A stretch of DNA of 64,000 bases from NCBI GenBank assembly GCA_964016885.1, contig OZ024741.1, forward strand, positions 390,290,001 to 390,354,000. Direction: 5' to 3'. The DNA comes from Eledone cirrhosa. Taxonomy: Eukaryota. Positions within the stretch are counted from its first letter, which is position 1; every line of letters starts with the position of its first letter. This document shows positions 1-12,934 of this stretch, in pieces. The translations under genes and the position numbers were made by a program. Below the pieces are notes generated by a model, which had not been told where the DNA came from, did no database searches, and worked only from the letters and a program-made list of their open reading frames with translations.

Positions 1-114
1 GTCGTCTTACAATTAATCATATGCGTGTACTCCAAAGGAATTTGTTGAGTAAATTGTAAACAACGAGATCGAAATCACTGGATATCGATCTATATAGATA
101 TTACCCAAATAATT

Positions 115-380
115 TTGGTATCACCATTCAAATTCATCCAAGGCTTGGTCCTCGTGCTTATTCCCCCACTACAAAAATCAAATTCGCATCTCTTAACCAC
201 CCTACGACACAACCATATCAACTCAACTGGCCCTGCCCTCCCTAATATCATATCGAAATACATTGAGACAGAAACAGATCTCATAATATTCAAAAGTTTC
301 CTGGATAAAGCCACCCCCACGAGATCCCGGATAAACCCCCTACACCCGGATACTTGAGTGGGCTACAGTTGGTAATCGTT
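115..380 (+). mobile_element. 3' end relic of a CR1/L2-like LINE
   Basis: Translation GPALPN.I...DLIIFKSFLDK resembles the C-terminus of CR1-group ORF2. Confidence 0.45.
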
Positions 381-572
381 GGTAAATAATTATGTTATTT
401 ATTCTAAGGAAATCGGTAGAGAGGAAAATATGGAACTTCTTACTGCATCGTAAATCAATTAACTAATTTAATGCAATCTAATCCTTGTTATGTATATATA
501 TATATATATATATAAATGTAAGTATGTATGTATACGTACATACATATATGTATACAGACGTACAGTAGCATG

Positions 573-654
<82 letters not shown>

Positions 655-820
655 CAGGTACACATACATATATGTACGTATCAGTTTAGCGGACGCTTAT
701 TATAGCGCCCGCTTTGTTCGTTTGTTAACTCACTCGATATGCAAATTAGGCTGCTCAGCCGTTAATTTTCATAAGGAAAGTATATACTTTCGAACGTTCA
801 ACTATCTGGCAGATGGGTAT

Positions 821-863
821 ACGGTGCTGATGATAGCTAACAAGCTTGAAACTAGTACATCGT
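821..863 (+). ncRNA. Minimal type I hammerhead ribozyme (family B, copy 1)
   Basis: ACGGTG-CTGATGA-t-AGCT aaca AGCT-t-GAAA-CTAG-TA-CATCGT: 6-bp stem I, 4-bp stem II, palindromic stem III ACTAGT, GUA site. Confidence 0.88.
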
Positions 864-1290
864 TCCTGTGTCAGTGTTGAACAAAAAGGTGACGTGGTTG
901 CCTTAACACCGTGCGGCATAAATTCAGGCTGTTCAGTTTGTTTACAAACGAACAAAGCGGGCGCTATAATAAGCGTCCGCTAAACTGATACGTACATATA
1001 TGTATGTGTACCTGTATGTATATATATGTATATATATATATATATATATGTGCATGCTACTGTACGTCTGTATACATATATGTATGTACGTATACATATA
1101 TACTTACATTTAAGTAAGTGCCGTACTAAGAGTGAGAAATGAAATTTCGTTTTCATTTTATTACAACTCATCGTTTTCGGTGCGCCTGACCGATTTAACT
1201 CACTCGATATGCAAATTAGGCTGTTCAGCCGTTAATTTTCATAAGGAAAGTATATACTTTCGAACGTTCAACTATCTGGCAGATGGGTAT

Positions 1291-1333
1291 ACGGTGCTGA
1301 TGATAGCTAACAAGCTTGAAACTAGTACATCGT
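1291..1333 (+). ncRNA. Minimal type I hammerhead ribozyme (family B, copy 2)
   Basis: Identical to 821-863, 470 bp downstream. Confidence 0.88.
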
Positions 1334-1676
1334 TCCTGTGTCAGTGTTGAACAAAAAGGTGACGTGGTTGCCTTAACACCGTGCGGCAAAAATTCAGGCT
1401 GTTCAGTTTGTTTACAAACGAACAAAGCGGGCGCTATAATAAGCGTCCGCTAAACTGATACGTACATATATGTATGTGTACCTGTATGTATATATATGTG
1501 TATATATATATATATATATATTGTTATACTTTGGGAGGGTCATGTTGCCAATAAGAAACACACGCACCAGTTGCTTTCACTTCAATTTAATTTATTATAT
1601 ATTTATAAATTTACAAATTTATAAATTTCTGGTTGGTTGGTTGGTTCCACAACCAGATAGTTGTTTATATATATAT

Positions 1677-1721
1677 AGTCATAGTTCTTTCGTCACACAC
1701 TCTGTGACCTCTTCAGTGACT
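1677..1721 (-). ncRNA. Type I hammerhead ribozyme (family A)
   Basis: Reverse complement of 1831-1875. Confidence 0.8.
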
Positions 1722-1830
1722 GGGGATTTCTTTCTTCGTTTCTGTGCCTTTCCTTTCTTCTATCCTACGCCAAACAAAATGGCGTAGGATAGAAGAAAGG
1801 AAAGGCACAGAAACGAAGAAAGAAATCCCC

Positions 1831-1875
1831 AGTCACTGAAGAGGTCACAGAGTGTGTGACGAAAGAACTATGACT
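1831..1875 (+). ncRNA. Type I hammerhead ribozyme (family A)
   Basis: AGTCA-CTGAAGA-g-GTCACA gagtg TGTGAC-GAAA-GAAC-TA-TGACT: perfect stems I and II, minimal stem III, CUA site. Confidence 0.8.
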
Positions 1876-2087
1876 ATATATATATAAACAACTATCTGGT
1901 TGTGGAACCAACCAACCAACCAGAAATTTATAAATTTGTAAATTTATAAATATATAATAAATTAAATTGAAGTGAAAGCAACTGGTGCGTGTGTTTCTTA
2001 TTGGCAACATGACCCTCCCAAAGTATAACAATATCGGTTTCAACACACGATTTCAGATAAAGAATCTTGCTAAACAAATTCAGAAAC

Positions 2088-2371
<284 letters not shown>

Positions 2372-2407
2372 TGCATCAAACATCACGGGCGCTCTATCTC
2401 AAAATTA

Positions 2408-2443
2408 TTTTTGAAAAGCATTAGAAATGCGCAACCGGTAAAA
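2408..2443 (+). ncRNA. Degenerate U3-A8 variant hammerhead (GAAA mutated to GCAA)
   Basis: TTT-TTGAAAA-GCATT aga AATGC-GCAA-CCGG-TA-AAA. Confidence 0.55.
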
Positions 2444-2597
2444 ACTTAAAACCAAAACTGAATACTAACCAATACCTATTATTAATTTTTACTTATTCCT
2501 AATTAAACTATTTTTCACTGGGAACAATTTGTCAGCATTTTCTTTTCCTTTTACAATATATCACAACTCGTGTGTTACACCTCTATTCTTTTAAATA

Positions 2598-2658
2598 TAG
2601 ACTGTTTTTCTATATTGTTTATGTTTTTACTTAATAAAGGTTTATAATCAGGGAAACA

Positions 2659-2709
<51 letters not shown>

Positions 2710-2765
2710 TCCCTGATTATAAACCTTTATTAAGTAAAAACATAAACAATATAGAAAAACAGTCT
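2598..2765. repeat. Inverted repeat of about 60 bp around a (TA)n tract
   Basis: AGACTGTTTTTC...CAGGGAAAC and GTTTCCCTG...GAAAAACAGTCT. Confidence 0.9.
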
Positions 2766-2766
2766 T

Positions 2767-3648
2767 GCCGGCGCTAGGCTATCTGGCACCCTAGGCAAGG
2801 TTAGATTCTGGCGCCGTCCCTGCCACCTGTTACCGCCCCTGGAAAATATCAATTTCGAAATTTATAAACAATAAATTAAAAAAAATAATTTCTTCAACAT
2901 TTGAGCACAGACCAAAGGTAATTTTTTTAAAAATGACCCTTCTGTGCTCAAATGTCCGGACAGCCCACAAAAAGCACTGCTTGATACTATTTTATTTACA
3001 AAATTAAGACAAGAATAAAGAAAAGATAGACATTAGTGGTGAACTAACAGCATAATGGACAGTTGAACAGACACTCAATACTAATACACCTGAAACCAAA
3101 TATGGCTGAGGGATAAATGAAAACAAAGACAATTCAAAATCTCATTTTGTGTGCCTTTTTCTTGGCAAAGTATTTAACCAATTCAGCTAAATTAAATGAT
3201 GAAGCCTGAGCATGTTCAATTGATATAGTTGCCAAGCCAACTAGTTGCTCTTGTAGAGCGATTTTAAGATTTTATAAGATTGAGCTTTGAGAAATTACAC
3301 TCACCACTTTCCACTGATACTGGAAGTGTGAGAAGGAGCCTCAATGCAATAGCAACATTAGGGAAATTATCCAAAAGTTTTTGTTGAAAAAACTCGTGGC
3401 CTATAAAAACACGCGAAAGATTCGTATACACGCGATTTTCACTCGCGCATTTGCTTGTCCTGGTCAGACTGACTCTACCAGATTATTTGTTCCTGTATGA
3501 AATAAACCAGGATAAAAAAATGACCCTCAATAAAACTGAAATTTATTTATTTATCTTTCTAAATTGTTGTTGATTTGGAGAAATGCGCCCCGTGAAATCA
3601 GCGCCCTACTTGGCTGTCTAGTTTGCCTATATGGTAGCAGCGGCCCTG
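2767..3648 (-). mobile_element. Internally deleted hAT transposon with C-terminal dimerisation domain relic
   Basis: Minus strand about 3140-3370 reads FPNVAIALRLLLTLPVSVESGECNFSKL; right end CGGCCCTG (CAGGGCCG TIR); GC-rich subterminal motifs. Confidence 0.8.
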
Positions 3649-3739
3649 CTTATAGCATATGTCTAGAACTTGTTTTTCTTCTCAGATGAACTTCAGTGAA
3701 CTTCAACATGGGCCCTACTCATCACTCAGAGCATATCTA

Positions 3740-4810
3740 AGCAATATTTAATGTGTTCTGAAGCATATCAACTGCTACAGATGCTATTGCTTCAGTTATC
3801 TTTGCCTTTAGAATTTCAAGATCGCGAACCAGTGTACGGTACACGTTGTCCTTCATGTACCCCCATAAAAGAAGTCAAGCGGAGTAACGTATGGTGAACG
3901 GGGAAACCACCTCTCCTAATCACTCTGTTTGGAAAGGTTGTGTTCAAAAACTGACAGATACATAAGCCCTAACGTGGAAGACTTTTTGTGGCATAAACTC
4001 TGCCAAATGTGTACAGCATAATGCTCCAGTTTGCTGAAATGGTAGATTCGGCAAAAAAGAAAAGTACAATGACCCTGTTATGCATCAGACAACACCAAAC
4101 GTTTACCTTACCGCTGTCTCTCTTGTGCTCGAACACAATGTGTGGGTTCTCTATCCCCAAATCCGTACATTGTGTCTATTAATTTTTCCTGATATGTGGA
4201 AAGTAGCCTCGTCAGAAAATGTAACATGCTTAAGATAATTATAGTCCTTATCAATTCGATCAAGAAATTCCGTAGCAAAGCTACAGCATTAGAGGCGATC
4301 GTTTGATTGTAAAGCTTGAACGACTTGCACTTTGCATGCATACAAACGCAGATGTTTGTGCAAAATCATGACAACTGTAATCTGTGGTATTCTCAGTTCT
4401 CCTGAAGCTCTGCGAGTTGATTTTCTAGGGCTCCGTTAAAAAGCAGTACACACATCATCAACATTCTCTTCACTTAATCTTGGCCTGCCAGATTTTTTGA
4501 GGCCACCAACGCTGCCAATCTATTTAAACTTGTCATACCAGTTCTTGATGCTTTTAACATCTGATTGACTTTGTCCGTATTCTCTCCTAAAGTTTCATTG
4601 AACCTTAATCACCGATTTGTTTCGTGAAACCTCAAAACACACTGAGCTTTGTGTTTCATATGTGATTTTGTTACAGAAAATTACAATTACTTTCTGTAGA
4701 AGAGAAAACGTAAAACGTGTTCAGAGAAACTTTAAAGTTGACATTTATAAATTAAAACAATGGAAAAGTAAAACCTCAAAAATTCCGAGATATGATACTT
4801 TATAATAAAG
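3740..4810 (-). mobile_element. Decayed Tc1/mariner transposase
   Basis: N-terminal KAQCVLRFHETKSVIKVQ...IKNWYDKFK HTH-like segment; ENPH...KVNVWCCLMHNRVI.LFFF catalytic-region segment; many frameshifts. Confidence 0.75.
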
Positions 4811-4825
4811 GGAAGACTTTCGCAC

Positions 4826-5530
4826 ACACAAACACCGGCGTATTGTTATTATCGTTGGTGGGCAATAAATATAAACCATATACAAATCAGAAATCTGTAT
4901 AAGCAAGTTGGATTATATTGTGTTATTTTATGTATTTTCATTTCTTAAAAATATGTCGGCTTTTGACTCAAACTTTCAATTGACCCCTCACAGGATAGTG
5001 TAATCTGTTCCCTATAGGTCGATATCGACCACTTTGTGGGTATCTGTCATTAATCATAGGCGGACTCAATTATGGTTGACCTGCGAAAAACAACACCAGT
5101 AATACTGATATCGAAGGACCTATATGATCAATTATGTCACTACCTAATAAATGCCGTCACACCGTCAGCTTCCCCTGTCTGTGAACGTATGTGAGTGTAT
5201 GTACGTGTACGTGTACGTTCGTGTACGTGTTCGTGTGTGCGTCTGTGTGTGTGTGTGTACGTACGTACGTGTACGTGTGTGGATAGAGTAGAAGCCACTT
5301 TCGATTACTTTGAGGCGGAACCTCAAAGTAATCTTGGGCAGATCGAACTATCCTGGGGGAGGGGGACTATTGAATGTTTGAGTCAAAAGCCGACATATTT
5401 ATAAAAAATGAAAGCACATAAAATAACACAATATAGTCCAACTTGCTTATATGGGTTTCTGATTTGTATTGTATATGAATAATATTTATTGCCTATCAAC
5501 GATGATAACAATACGCCGGTGTTTGTGTGT
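4826..5530. mobile_element. MITE/foldback element with diverged inverted repeats of about 190 bp
   Basis: ACACAAACACCGGCGTATTGTTAT... versus ...ATAACAATACGCCGGTGTTTGTGT. Confidence 0.75.
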
Positions 5531-5534
5531 GTGT

Positions 5535-5571
<37 letters not shown>

Positions 5572-5700
5572 AGGTGTGGTAAGAAACCAGGTGGACCATA
5601 ACGCACCAGAGTACTCGATACTATTGGTAGTAGAGTGGGTAATAGGAAAAGAGCCAGGACTCCGACAGCTGAGCTCAGTCGTCCTGACTCTTTTCCTATA
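5572..5700 (-). repeat. Family D terminal repeat with foldback; related copy at 24530-24695
   Basis: Shared GTGGTAAG.AACCAG.TGGACCATAACGCACCAGAGTACTC; hairpin at 5642-5699. Confidence 0.7.
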
Positions 5701-5702
5701 TA

Positions 5703-6009
5703 CTATATATATATATATATATATATAAAACAGAGAATGTCTGTCTGCCTGTCTGACTCCCTAAAGCTCGAGAACCACCCAACCGATTGTTTCAAACTTT
5801 ACATATGTAATCCTTATGGTCCTGTGAGTGTTTTGAGCAAAGACAATTTCAAATTTTCACATGCCCTAGGGACCGCATTAGGCGATTTAGCGATCTCTCT
5901 CTATAATTCTTAGTCTTTCTTTTTAGATAGATACATAGCTACAACGTCGCGCCCTTATAATATCTGTCTGTATGTCTGGCTGTCTGCATTACGACATTAT
6001 GATGCTACC

Positions 6010-6053
<44 letters not shown>

Positions 6054-6222
6054 GGTGTGTGTGTGTGTGTGTATATGTATATATAGTGTGTGTGTATATA
6101 TATATAGTGTGTAACGTTTTTCGAAATATTTACTTCTGCGTTCACAGATTGATTTTTTTTAGTTTCAGAAGATCCCGTTAAGGGTGAAAGCAGCGATTCT
6201 TTGCTTAAACTTTAATCTGTTA

Positions 6223-6230
<8 letters not shown>
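5703..6230 (+). mobile_element. Non-autonomous Helitron-like fragment (5' part)
   Basis: CTATATATAAAA...ATGTCTGTCTG head; body shared with 14470-14700, 44820-44950 and 47165-47270. Confidence 0.6.
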
Positions 6231-6274
<44 letters not shown>

Positions 6275-6458
6275 AATCAGAAATCTATATATATCGTTAT
6301 ACTTTGGGAGGGTCATGTTGCCAATAAGAAACACACGCACCAGTTGCTTTCACTCCAATTTATTATAAATTAAATTTATAAATTTAAGAATTTATATATT
6401 TATAAATTTCCCGTTGGTTGGTTGGTTGGTTCCACAACCGGACGGTTGTTCATATATT

Positions 6459-6501
6459 GTCAAAGTTCTTTCGTTACACATTCTGTGACCTCTTCAGTGA
6501 T
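6459..6501 (-). ncRNA. Type I hammerhead ribozyme (family A, diverged copy)
   Basis: Minus strand ATCA-CTGAAGA-g-GTCACA gaatg TGTAAC-GAAA-GAAC-TT-TGAC. Confidence 0.65.
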
Positions 6502-6806
6502 TGGGGAGTCTTTTCTTTGTTTTGTGCCTCTCCTTTGTTGTGTCCTACGCCATCAAAAACAAGTTTGTCGAATGCCTTTTTACTTAACCCTATCGTCTTG
6601 GCTTTCGTAGGTTGAACATTTTACTTTCAGGCACCCAATTAAGTTAAACCCCTGTTAATCTACGACGAATTTTTTTTATAAGCACAAAATGTAGACACCA
6701 TTCCCAGGCCAAGGTATTCCGTACTTCTCTGTACTGTTTCATAAAGGAGGGATAAACATGCCAATCTATGTTTAGAATCCCGAGCAACGCCAAGCCATTC
6801 TGCTAG

Positions 6807-7332
6807 TATATATATAAAGTTGTAGTTCCTGTCTGTTTGTTTGTTCACGAACTCCTCCTATGGTTTTGGAGATAGATCCCCATAACCATATATATTCTGA
6901 AACTACATTGCCCAGGGTATTTGAATAAGTATATTTCATTTTAATGGGTTCGGGGGGGGGGGGGGGGGCACAAATCCCTGCTGAAAACCCCGCTGAAAAT
7001 CTTTTCCCTTCGATTTACATGAAATTTAAACCATAGGTAAATGACAAGATAATCATATCTTGTCATTTACCTATTCACAAAAGTTCTGAATTGATATTTA
7101 AAAAAAAATTATTTACAAGAAACATAATAAGAATAAGATTTAATAATGTACTTTTGATTTGATATATTACAAAAAATAATGTTTTCCAATTTTTCATGAA
7201 TTACATTTTACATTGAGTAATATTGAAATGTAGAGTTTTTCTCTATAAATTATATCACTGACTTAAAATCAATCATCATTTTCTTACCAAAAAAAATGTG
7301 TGAAACGCAGCAAGGCGCGGGTAATTCGGCTA

Positions 7333-7333
<1 letters not shown>
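6807..7333 (+). mobile_element. Non-autonomous Helitron, directly after another Helitron 3' end (6778-6806)
   Basis: 3' ends CCCGAGCAACGCCAAGCCATTCTGCTAG|T and CGCAGCAAGGCGCGGGTAATTCGGCTAG|T (subterminal GC motif plus CTAG). Confidence 0.7.
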
Positions 7334-7382
<49 letters not shown>

Positions 7383-7716
7383 GGTGTTGGATGCTTAAAG
7401 CGTCTGTATGCGGTAGGCACGATCGATGTGATCGAACCTGACTCTGAAAATTGCAAGGTCCTCAGATACGTCTTGATTCTACGAAACAGATTTTCCTATC
7501 GTGCCTCGAGCTGGTCGACAGAGCAACGATTGTAATATGTCCAATAAATTCCATTCGTCGCAACACTGATTCTCTTTTTTCTGTGATATATACATATATA
7601 TATATGTACGTATGTATGTATGTATATGCAGGATATCCGTTGATGAAAGGTGAAGGAAAACAATACTCAATCTATTGCAAAAGAGCCTATTTAGTATAAA
7701 GTTTCATACACTTAAC

Positions 7717-7838
7717 GTATATGTGCTACCATTGGTTTCGGGGTCCACTTATGGCCAAAACTGTACAGTGGAAGTGCCGCCTTCAATTTACAGTGGTGGC
7801 CATAACTGGACCCGGAAACCAATGGTCGCACATACACG
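7717..7838. mobile_element. Small hairpin MITE with inverted repeats of about 40 bp
   Basis: GTATATGTGCTACCATTGGTTTC.GGGTCCA.TTATGGCCA versus TGGCCATAA.TGGACCC.GAAACCAATGGT.GCACATACAC. Confidence 0.7.
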
Positions 7839-7865
7839 CTAAGTGTATGAAACTTTATCTGTGTG

Positions 7866-7957
<92 letters not shown>

Positions 7958-8599
7958 CGTGCGCGCGCGTGTGTGTGTGTGTGTGTTTATAGAGTATATA
8001 GAGAAGAGGAGAATTTGATACATACATAGATGTTGATAAGACATGGATAGTTGGTTGATAGATGCCTGTCTTTTAGATGAAGATTTGCATTTATTTGAAT
8101 TGTAGTCAAATTTCCTGTTTTACTTTGGGAAACGTGCCTAAGAATGCGTCAGATGAGTTTGATAGGTAAAAACTTAAGGAAAAGGTAGACATAAATATAA
8201 TAAAAAGCTTCAATGGTTTCAAAGATGATTAAGCTGATACCTTAGTCAGTACGGCATTTTCTTTGTTCGTGCGAGAAAGCCAGATGATGTTATCATTTCT
8301 TTCAACTAAAGCCGATTGACCTATCGAATATCGCTAGTTATTGAGTACAGTTTAACACCACCACCACCACCATCACTATCACCATCACCACCTCCATCAC
8401 CACTTGATCACTTGACCTTTAGGTGCTTTTAGCGGCATCCACTTGGTTACAAACATATAGGTTAAGTCTCCAGTGAGGGAAGTGCTACTTATCTATAACT
8501 AAATAAGCTATAGCTTAAGCCACACACTCTCGGGGGCTTCATTAAAAAAATATATATTTACACTTTATCATTAGTTTTTATTCTTTAACACTAAAGTCA

Positions 8600-8662
8600 T
8601 AAAAAATTAGGGCCTCAAATTTCATATAGCTCAGGGCCTCAGCAGGTGAAAGTCCGGCCCTG
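8600..8662. mobile_element. hAT-type terminus; related copy at 48058-48111
   Basis: GGGCCTCAAATTTCATATA.CT.AGGGCCTCAGCAG.TGAAA...GCCCTG. Confidence 0.55.
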
Positions 8663-10895
8663 AGTGAGAGGAAAACTTTCTCCTTTCCTCACACTTGTTA
8701 CGTAGGTCCAAAATAGAGTCACGGGCACTACTCCTCCTCTTCTGACTTAACCACTAAAAAAATGCTACTCTAGACCACTGTTTCCCCCCAAATGGGCTCC
8801 GCGTGTTATGGTATCTTGTAATAAAATTTTATAAAAGTTAAGAATGCGCATTTTTAAATGAATATATTTTCTTTCTAAAACATATTTTTGTTACATTTAA
8901 CGTAACATTTGTTACATTTAACGTAATTCTCAGAGAGATTCAGCATGAAACAGTGTGTGGCGAAGCTTGTCCTTTTAATAACTGGTATAACTTGTTTTTG
9001 ATAGCAGAGGGAAGTGGAGTAATATCAAATAAAGTGTCTTTCTCAAGGATATAAGGTATCACTGGGAAAGTTGCGCGCTTTCACACACACACACACACAC
9101 ACATACATACATACATACATACATACATCAGTCAACGCGATCAGTCTCATATTTTGGCGTGGGAGACTATTTATTAAATTTAAGATGAATACTATCTCCG
9201 ACAGTAATGCCACAACTACAGTCATGTTGAATAACTGGTTATTCTTCTAACTATGCCTTCTGAAGACACCTTTTATTCGAATTCGTAGAGATATCCGACT
9301 AAATACATAATTAATTTTACAAGGATTTGCTACAAACAGCATGGCTGAACACAACATCAACAAAAAAATTAAGGAAGTATCGAAGACAAATAACAAAGAA
9401 GGTAATCAAACTTTATTCAGTTGTAGCTACAGAAGAAACCGAAATTATAAATCGCATTTCTCTTGGAGTTGCGAACTTAATAATGATTTATTTAATTGTT
9501 ATAAAATGGCAAAAAACAATCCCTCCATTGGCTATATGAATAGAATGAAGCTACACTGGGACGAAATGCACCCAGAACTAAATTATTTCACAGCGAAACA
9601 ATTACGCCAACAAACGACGTTTGTTGAACGTAAAAATAAGATAAATATTATTAATTGTAAGTCCCCCCACAACAAACATGGAATCAACAACACGTGCTAC
9701 AGATCGCCATGCTACTAGACTTCCTAGCAGCCAGGTCGAACAGTGCCTTGAAACAACTATGCCTGTAAGAAACTTGACACCACCTGTACCATCTAAGTAT
9801 ACCTCGAATGCTGGGGAAAACACTATCGATAATAATAATAATCGAAGAAATAATAATAATAATCGAATAAATGTGACACCACGTATACCATCCGAGTCTA
9901 CCTCGACTGTTGTGGAAAATACTATCGATAATGATAATCAAAAGTATAAACAATTGAAAATTTCCCTCAAGGAAATCTTCCAGAGAGAAATTAACTCATG
10001 TATAAATATCTCTCTGGCTGAACGTGTTAAAATGAGAATGGTGAATAAAAAACCAAATAATGAAATACTACGAAATAGGGGATGAATATTTACGACGGAT
10101 AAAACCCCCAACATTTTGGCAAATCAACGCCTGTTTATATGCCTTAGCAATGACAGTGAAGCATTATCTTGGTGATAGCAGAGATATTAACAAGAACAAA
10201 ACACCACCCAAAATACCATCATATATAACTAAAATAGAAAAAAAGAGTGCTGACCTACGAAAAAACATAGGACATGTGACAATGCTCCTTACATGCAAAC
10301 AAACACAAAAAAACCTCACTCCTCACCAACAAAGAGTGAAAAATAAAATAGAGACGATGTTTGGTAACAGTAGAACCAGAACTCTCCAATATAAGCTGAT
10401 CACCCTCAAACAAGAATTGAGAGCTGTTAGCGAAAAACGCCGATACCTGAAGAAGGTAGATGAGAGAAAAATGCTTAATAAAAGATTCAGACGAAACCAA
10501 ACATCAGTCTATAGAGATATGAAGGGCAAAATAATAAGTGTCACTGAGGCCCCATCCAAGAAAACACCATGAAGAGACATGATTGTCGGCTACTGGTACA
10601 AAAAACTAATATTCTATCGGAGGTATCTTACTGACCTCTACCAACAAGTTCTTAAGGGAGATACGCTTATACCAGAATGGTTGACATTAGCACAAACATT
10701 ACTGGTCTCCAAGAACAAAGACACCCACTTGGCAAAAAACTACCGACCCATTGCATGCCAGAACCTGATGTATAAGATGTATACAGCCTGCCTGAACCTA
10801 TTCCTCCAAGATCACTGTGAAAATAATAACATCATCACAACAATTAAATCTCTCCCAAGGTAACCCTATCTCGTGTTATTATTATTGTTACGTGA

Positions 10896-11082
10896 GGGCG
10901 GTGGATTGGCAGTATCGGTAGAGGGTCGGACGCCATGCTTTCCAGCATAGTTACGTCCCTTTACGATCTGAGTTCAAATCCCGCCGAGGTTTACTTTGCC
11001 TTTCATCCTTACGGGGTCGATAAAATAAAGTACCAGTAATAAACTGGGTAATTGCTGGCCTTGTGCCTAAAGTAGAAACAAT
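10896..11082 (+). mobile_element. tRNA-derived SINE with Nin/Deu-like central domain
   Basis: A-box-like TGGCAGTATCGG, B-box GAGTTCAAATCC, GCCTTTCATCCT..GGGGTCGATAAA.TAAAGTACCAG. Confidence 0.85.
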
Positions 11083-11095
11083 TATTGTCATATAA

Positions 11096-11285
11096 TGCGG
11101 TGAATTGGCAGTATCGGTAGAGCGTCAAACACGATTCTTTGCAACATAGAGTTATGACCCTTTACCTTCTGAGTTCAAATCCTGCCGAGGTTAGCTTTGT
11201 CTTTCATCCTCATGGGGTCGATAAAATAAAGCACCAGTAATGCACTGGAGTAATTGCTGGCCTTGTGCCAAAAATTGAAACAATT
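11096..11285 (+). mobile_element. Second tandem SINE of the same family
   Basis: Same A/B boxes and central domain. Confidence 0.85.
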
Positions 11286-11599
11286 ATAAAAGATAAGATG
11301 TTGTTTACTTATCGATATAGGAATACCGTTGGAAAGAAACATCCCCGAGAAAGTCACACAGAAACTGACCAAGTGCAAAGACCTGGAGATCGAACACAAT
11401 AAGTATGAAAAAGGAAATAATACAAGAGGTCATAGGAGCTCTTAAATTCGTGAAGAATTGTTAACGATATTCTCTTTTGTCATTTTTAGATGATGGTGAT
11501 AGCATGTAGATGTTATTTTTGTTTCTGTGTTTTTAGTTTTTATTTGTTTTTCTTGCGAAATTCACATTTATGGCAAATAGAAAATGACAAATTGTGAGG

Positions 11600-11970
11600 C
11601 ACTTTAGAAGAAAGTATTATTTGAAATCAATGGTGCGCGACAACCGCCCAGTTTCTTGACACGTTGACGCCTAACAAGGAGAATATACTCATGCTTTTAT
11701 TGTCTTCGTTTTGTTATTATTCATTTTAGATTTGATTCTTACAAAGAATTCTTTCGGTAAATGACTAAAGTAAATTTAATATGTATGAAATAGTATAGTT
11801 ACCAAGCTGATAAAAGGTATGTTGAACGTGGGAGCGATACATTAGTCACAAGTTATGTAATTTTATAATTCAAAACCACTCGACAAAAGAAAAAACTTAT
11901 AGAATAACAACGTTCACCAAAGGATTTTCGAAAAAGTAATGGCCTGCCGCATCACGATATTCTTTTGAAT
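11600..11970 (+). pseudogene. Helitron Rep relic
   Basis: GLPHHDILL at about 11941-11967 resembles the HUH motif GLPHxHIL. Confidence 0.4.
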
Positions 11971-12013
11971 TACTTAAACGTGACACAGGGTATTCATTGT
12001 CTTTTTAATATAT

Positions 12014-12180
12014 ACAGGGCATATTAAAACGAATCATCCGATTTTATTTATAATTTTTACAAATGTTCAATATATAAATAACTTTATAAAATCTGTAAAA
12101 GTTATAAACAGCGAATAAAAGTATTTTGATTTAAAAAAACATAGCCTTTTTGAAATATAGCCTTTTTGATACATCCTGTA
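12014..12180. mobile_element. Short Tc1/mariner-type MITE
   Basis: TA|CAGG... and ...CCTG|TA ends. Confidence 0.5.
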
Positions 12181-12254
12181 TATATATACAGACGCGCCAT
12201 CCTGTATATATATATACATACGTGCGTGTATATATATATATATATACGCGCGCG

Positions 12255-12347
<93 letters not shown>

Positions 12348-12860
12348 CACTCACACACGTATATTACACATACGGATCAAGGCGCACATGATCATAAGAG
12401 TTTCCTCTCAAAAAATATCTTGTTAAATGCCGCAACCGAGACATTGAGGTCACTATAGAGGCGACGGAGAGGAATGTGGGGGAATTTAAGAATTAAGGAA
12501 GCAGTAATTATAAACACACAGAAACCACTAATGTACAAATGAACGGGGCCATATGGATCAGAGTGGCTTTTATATTTGCTCCAAACATGCGCAATCCATT
12601 CACACACACAATATAGGAAAGATCCATTAGAGCAGGGCGCATCGTTTTCCGTTTTTCATTTGAAAAGAAGATTAACTTGAAATATTATGATGAAATATAC
12701 TGACTAAAAACAACAACAACATTATTTGGTTTCGTTTTATTTGTTATCCTTTACCCCTATAAAACCTTTATATATATATATATATTTCGATCCGCATTGT
12801 ACAAGGTTTTTGAAATTCTTAACACTTATTACACACACACGCGCGCGCGCGCACACACAG

Positions 12861-12917
<57 letters not shown>

Positions 12918-12934
12918 AAACAGAAATACCAAAG

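Larger units (their letters stand above)
500..1500 (+). repeat. Hammerhead-bearing repeat family B: 470-bp-period tandem dimer preceded by an inverted partial copy
   Basis: 725-1010 repeats at 1195-1480; about 510-722 is the reverse complement of about 948-1115; related flank at 24810-24950. Confidence 0.85.
1520..2088. repeat. Family A foldback: about 250-bp palindromic arms with a short spacer, Penelope-like terminal repeat
   Basis: 1520-1772 is the reverse complement of 1780-2032; other copies at 6293-6570, 19776-20248 and 44392-44575. Confidence 0.9.
9340..11450 (+). mobile_element. Decayed, internally deleted R4/Dong-like RLE non-LTR retrotransposon, interrupted by two SINEs
   Basis: MKLHWDEMHPELNYFTAKQLRQQ N-terminus; NYRPIACQNLMYKMYT (RT start); CLLIDIGIP...KLTKCKDLEIE (RLE) at 11297-11395. 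Confidence 0.8.

Noticed and set aside
7378-7580. Unique-looking segment considered as snRNA or host exon
   Set aside because: No match to U1 or U2 motifs I know, and no supported splice or protein evidence
9125-9300. Possible ribozyme at the 5' end of the Dong-like element (hairpin AGTCTC/GAGACT, CTGAAGA at 9260)
   Set aside because: Neither a hammerhead nor an HDV-like double pseudoknot could be built by eye
10896-10990. tRNA-like A and B boxes
   Set aside because: Head of a SINE; no complete cloverleaf
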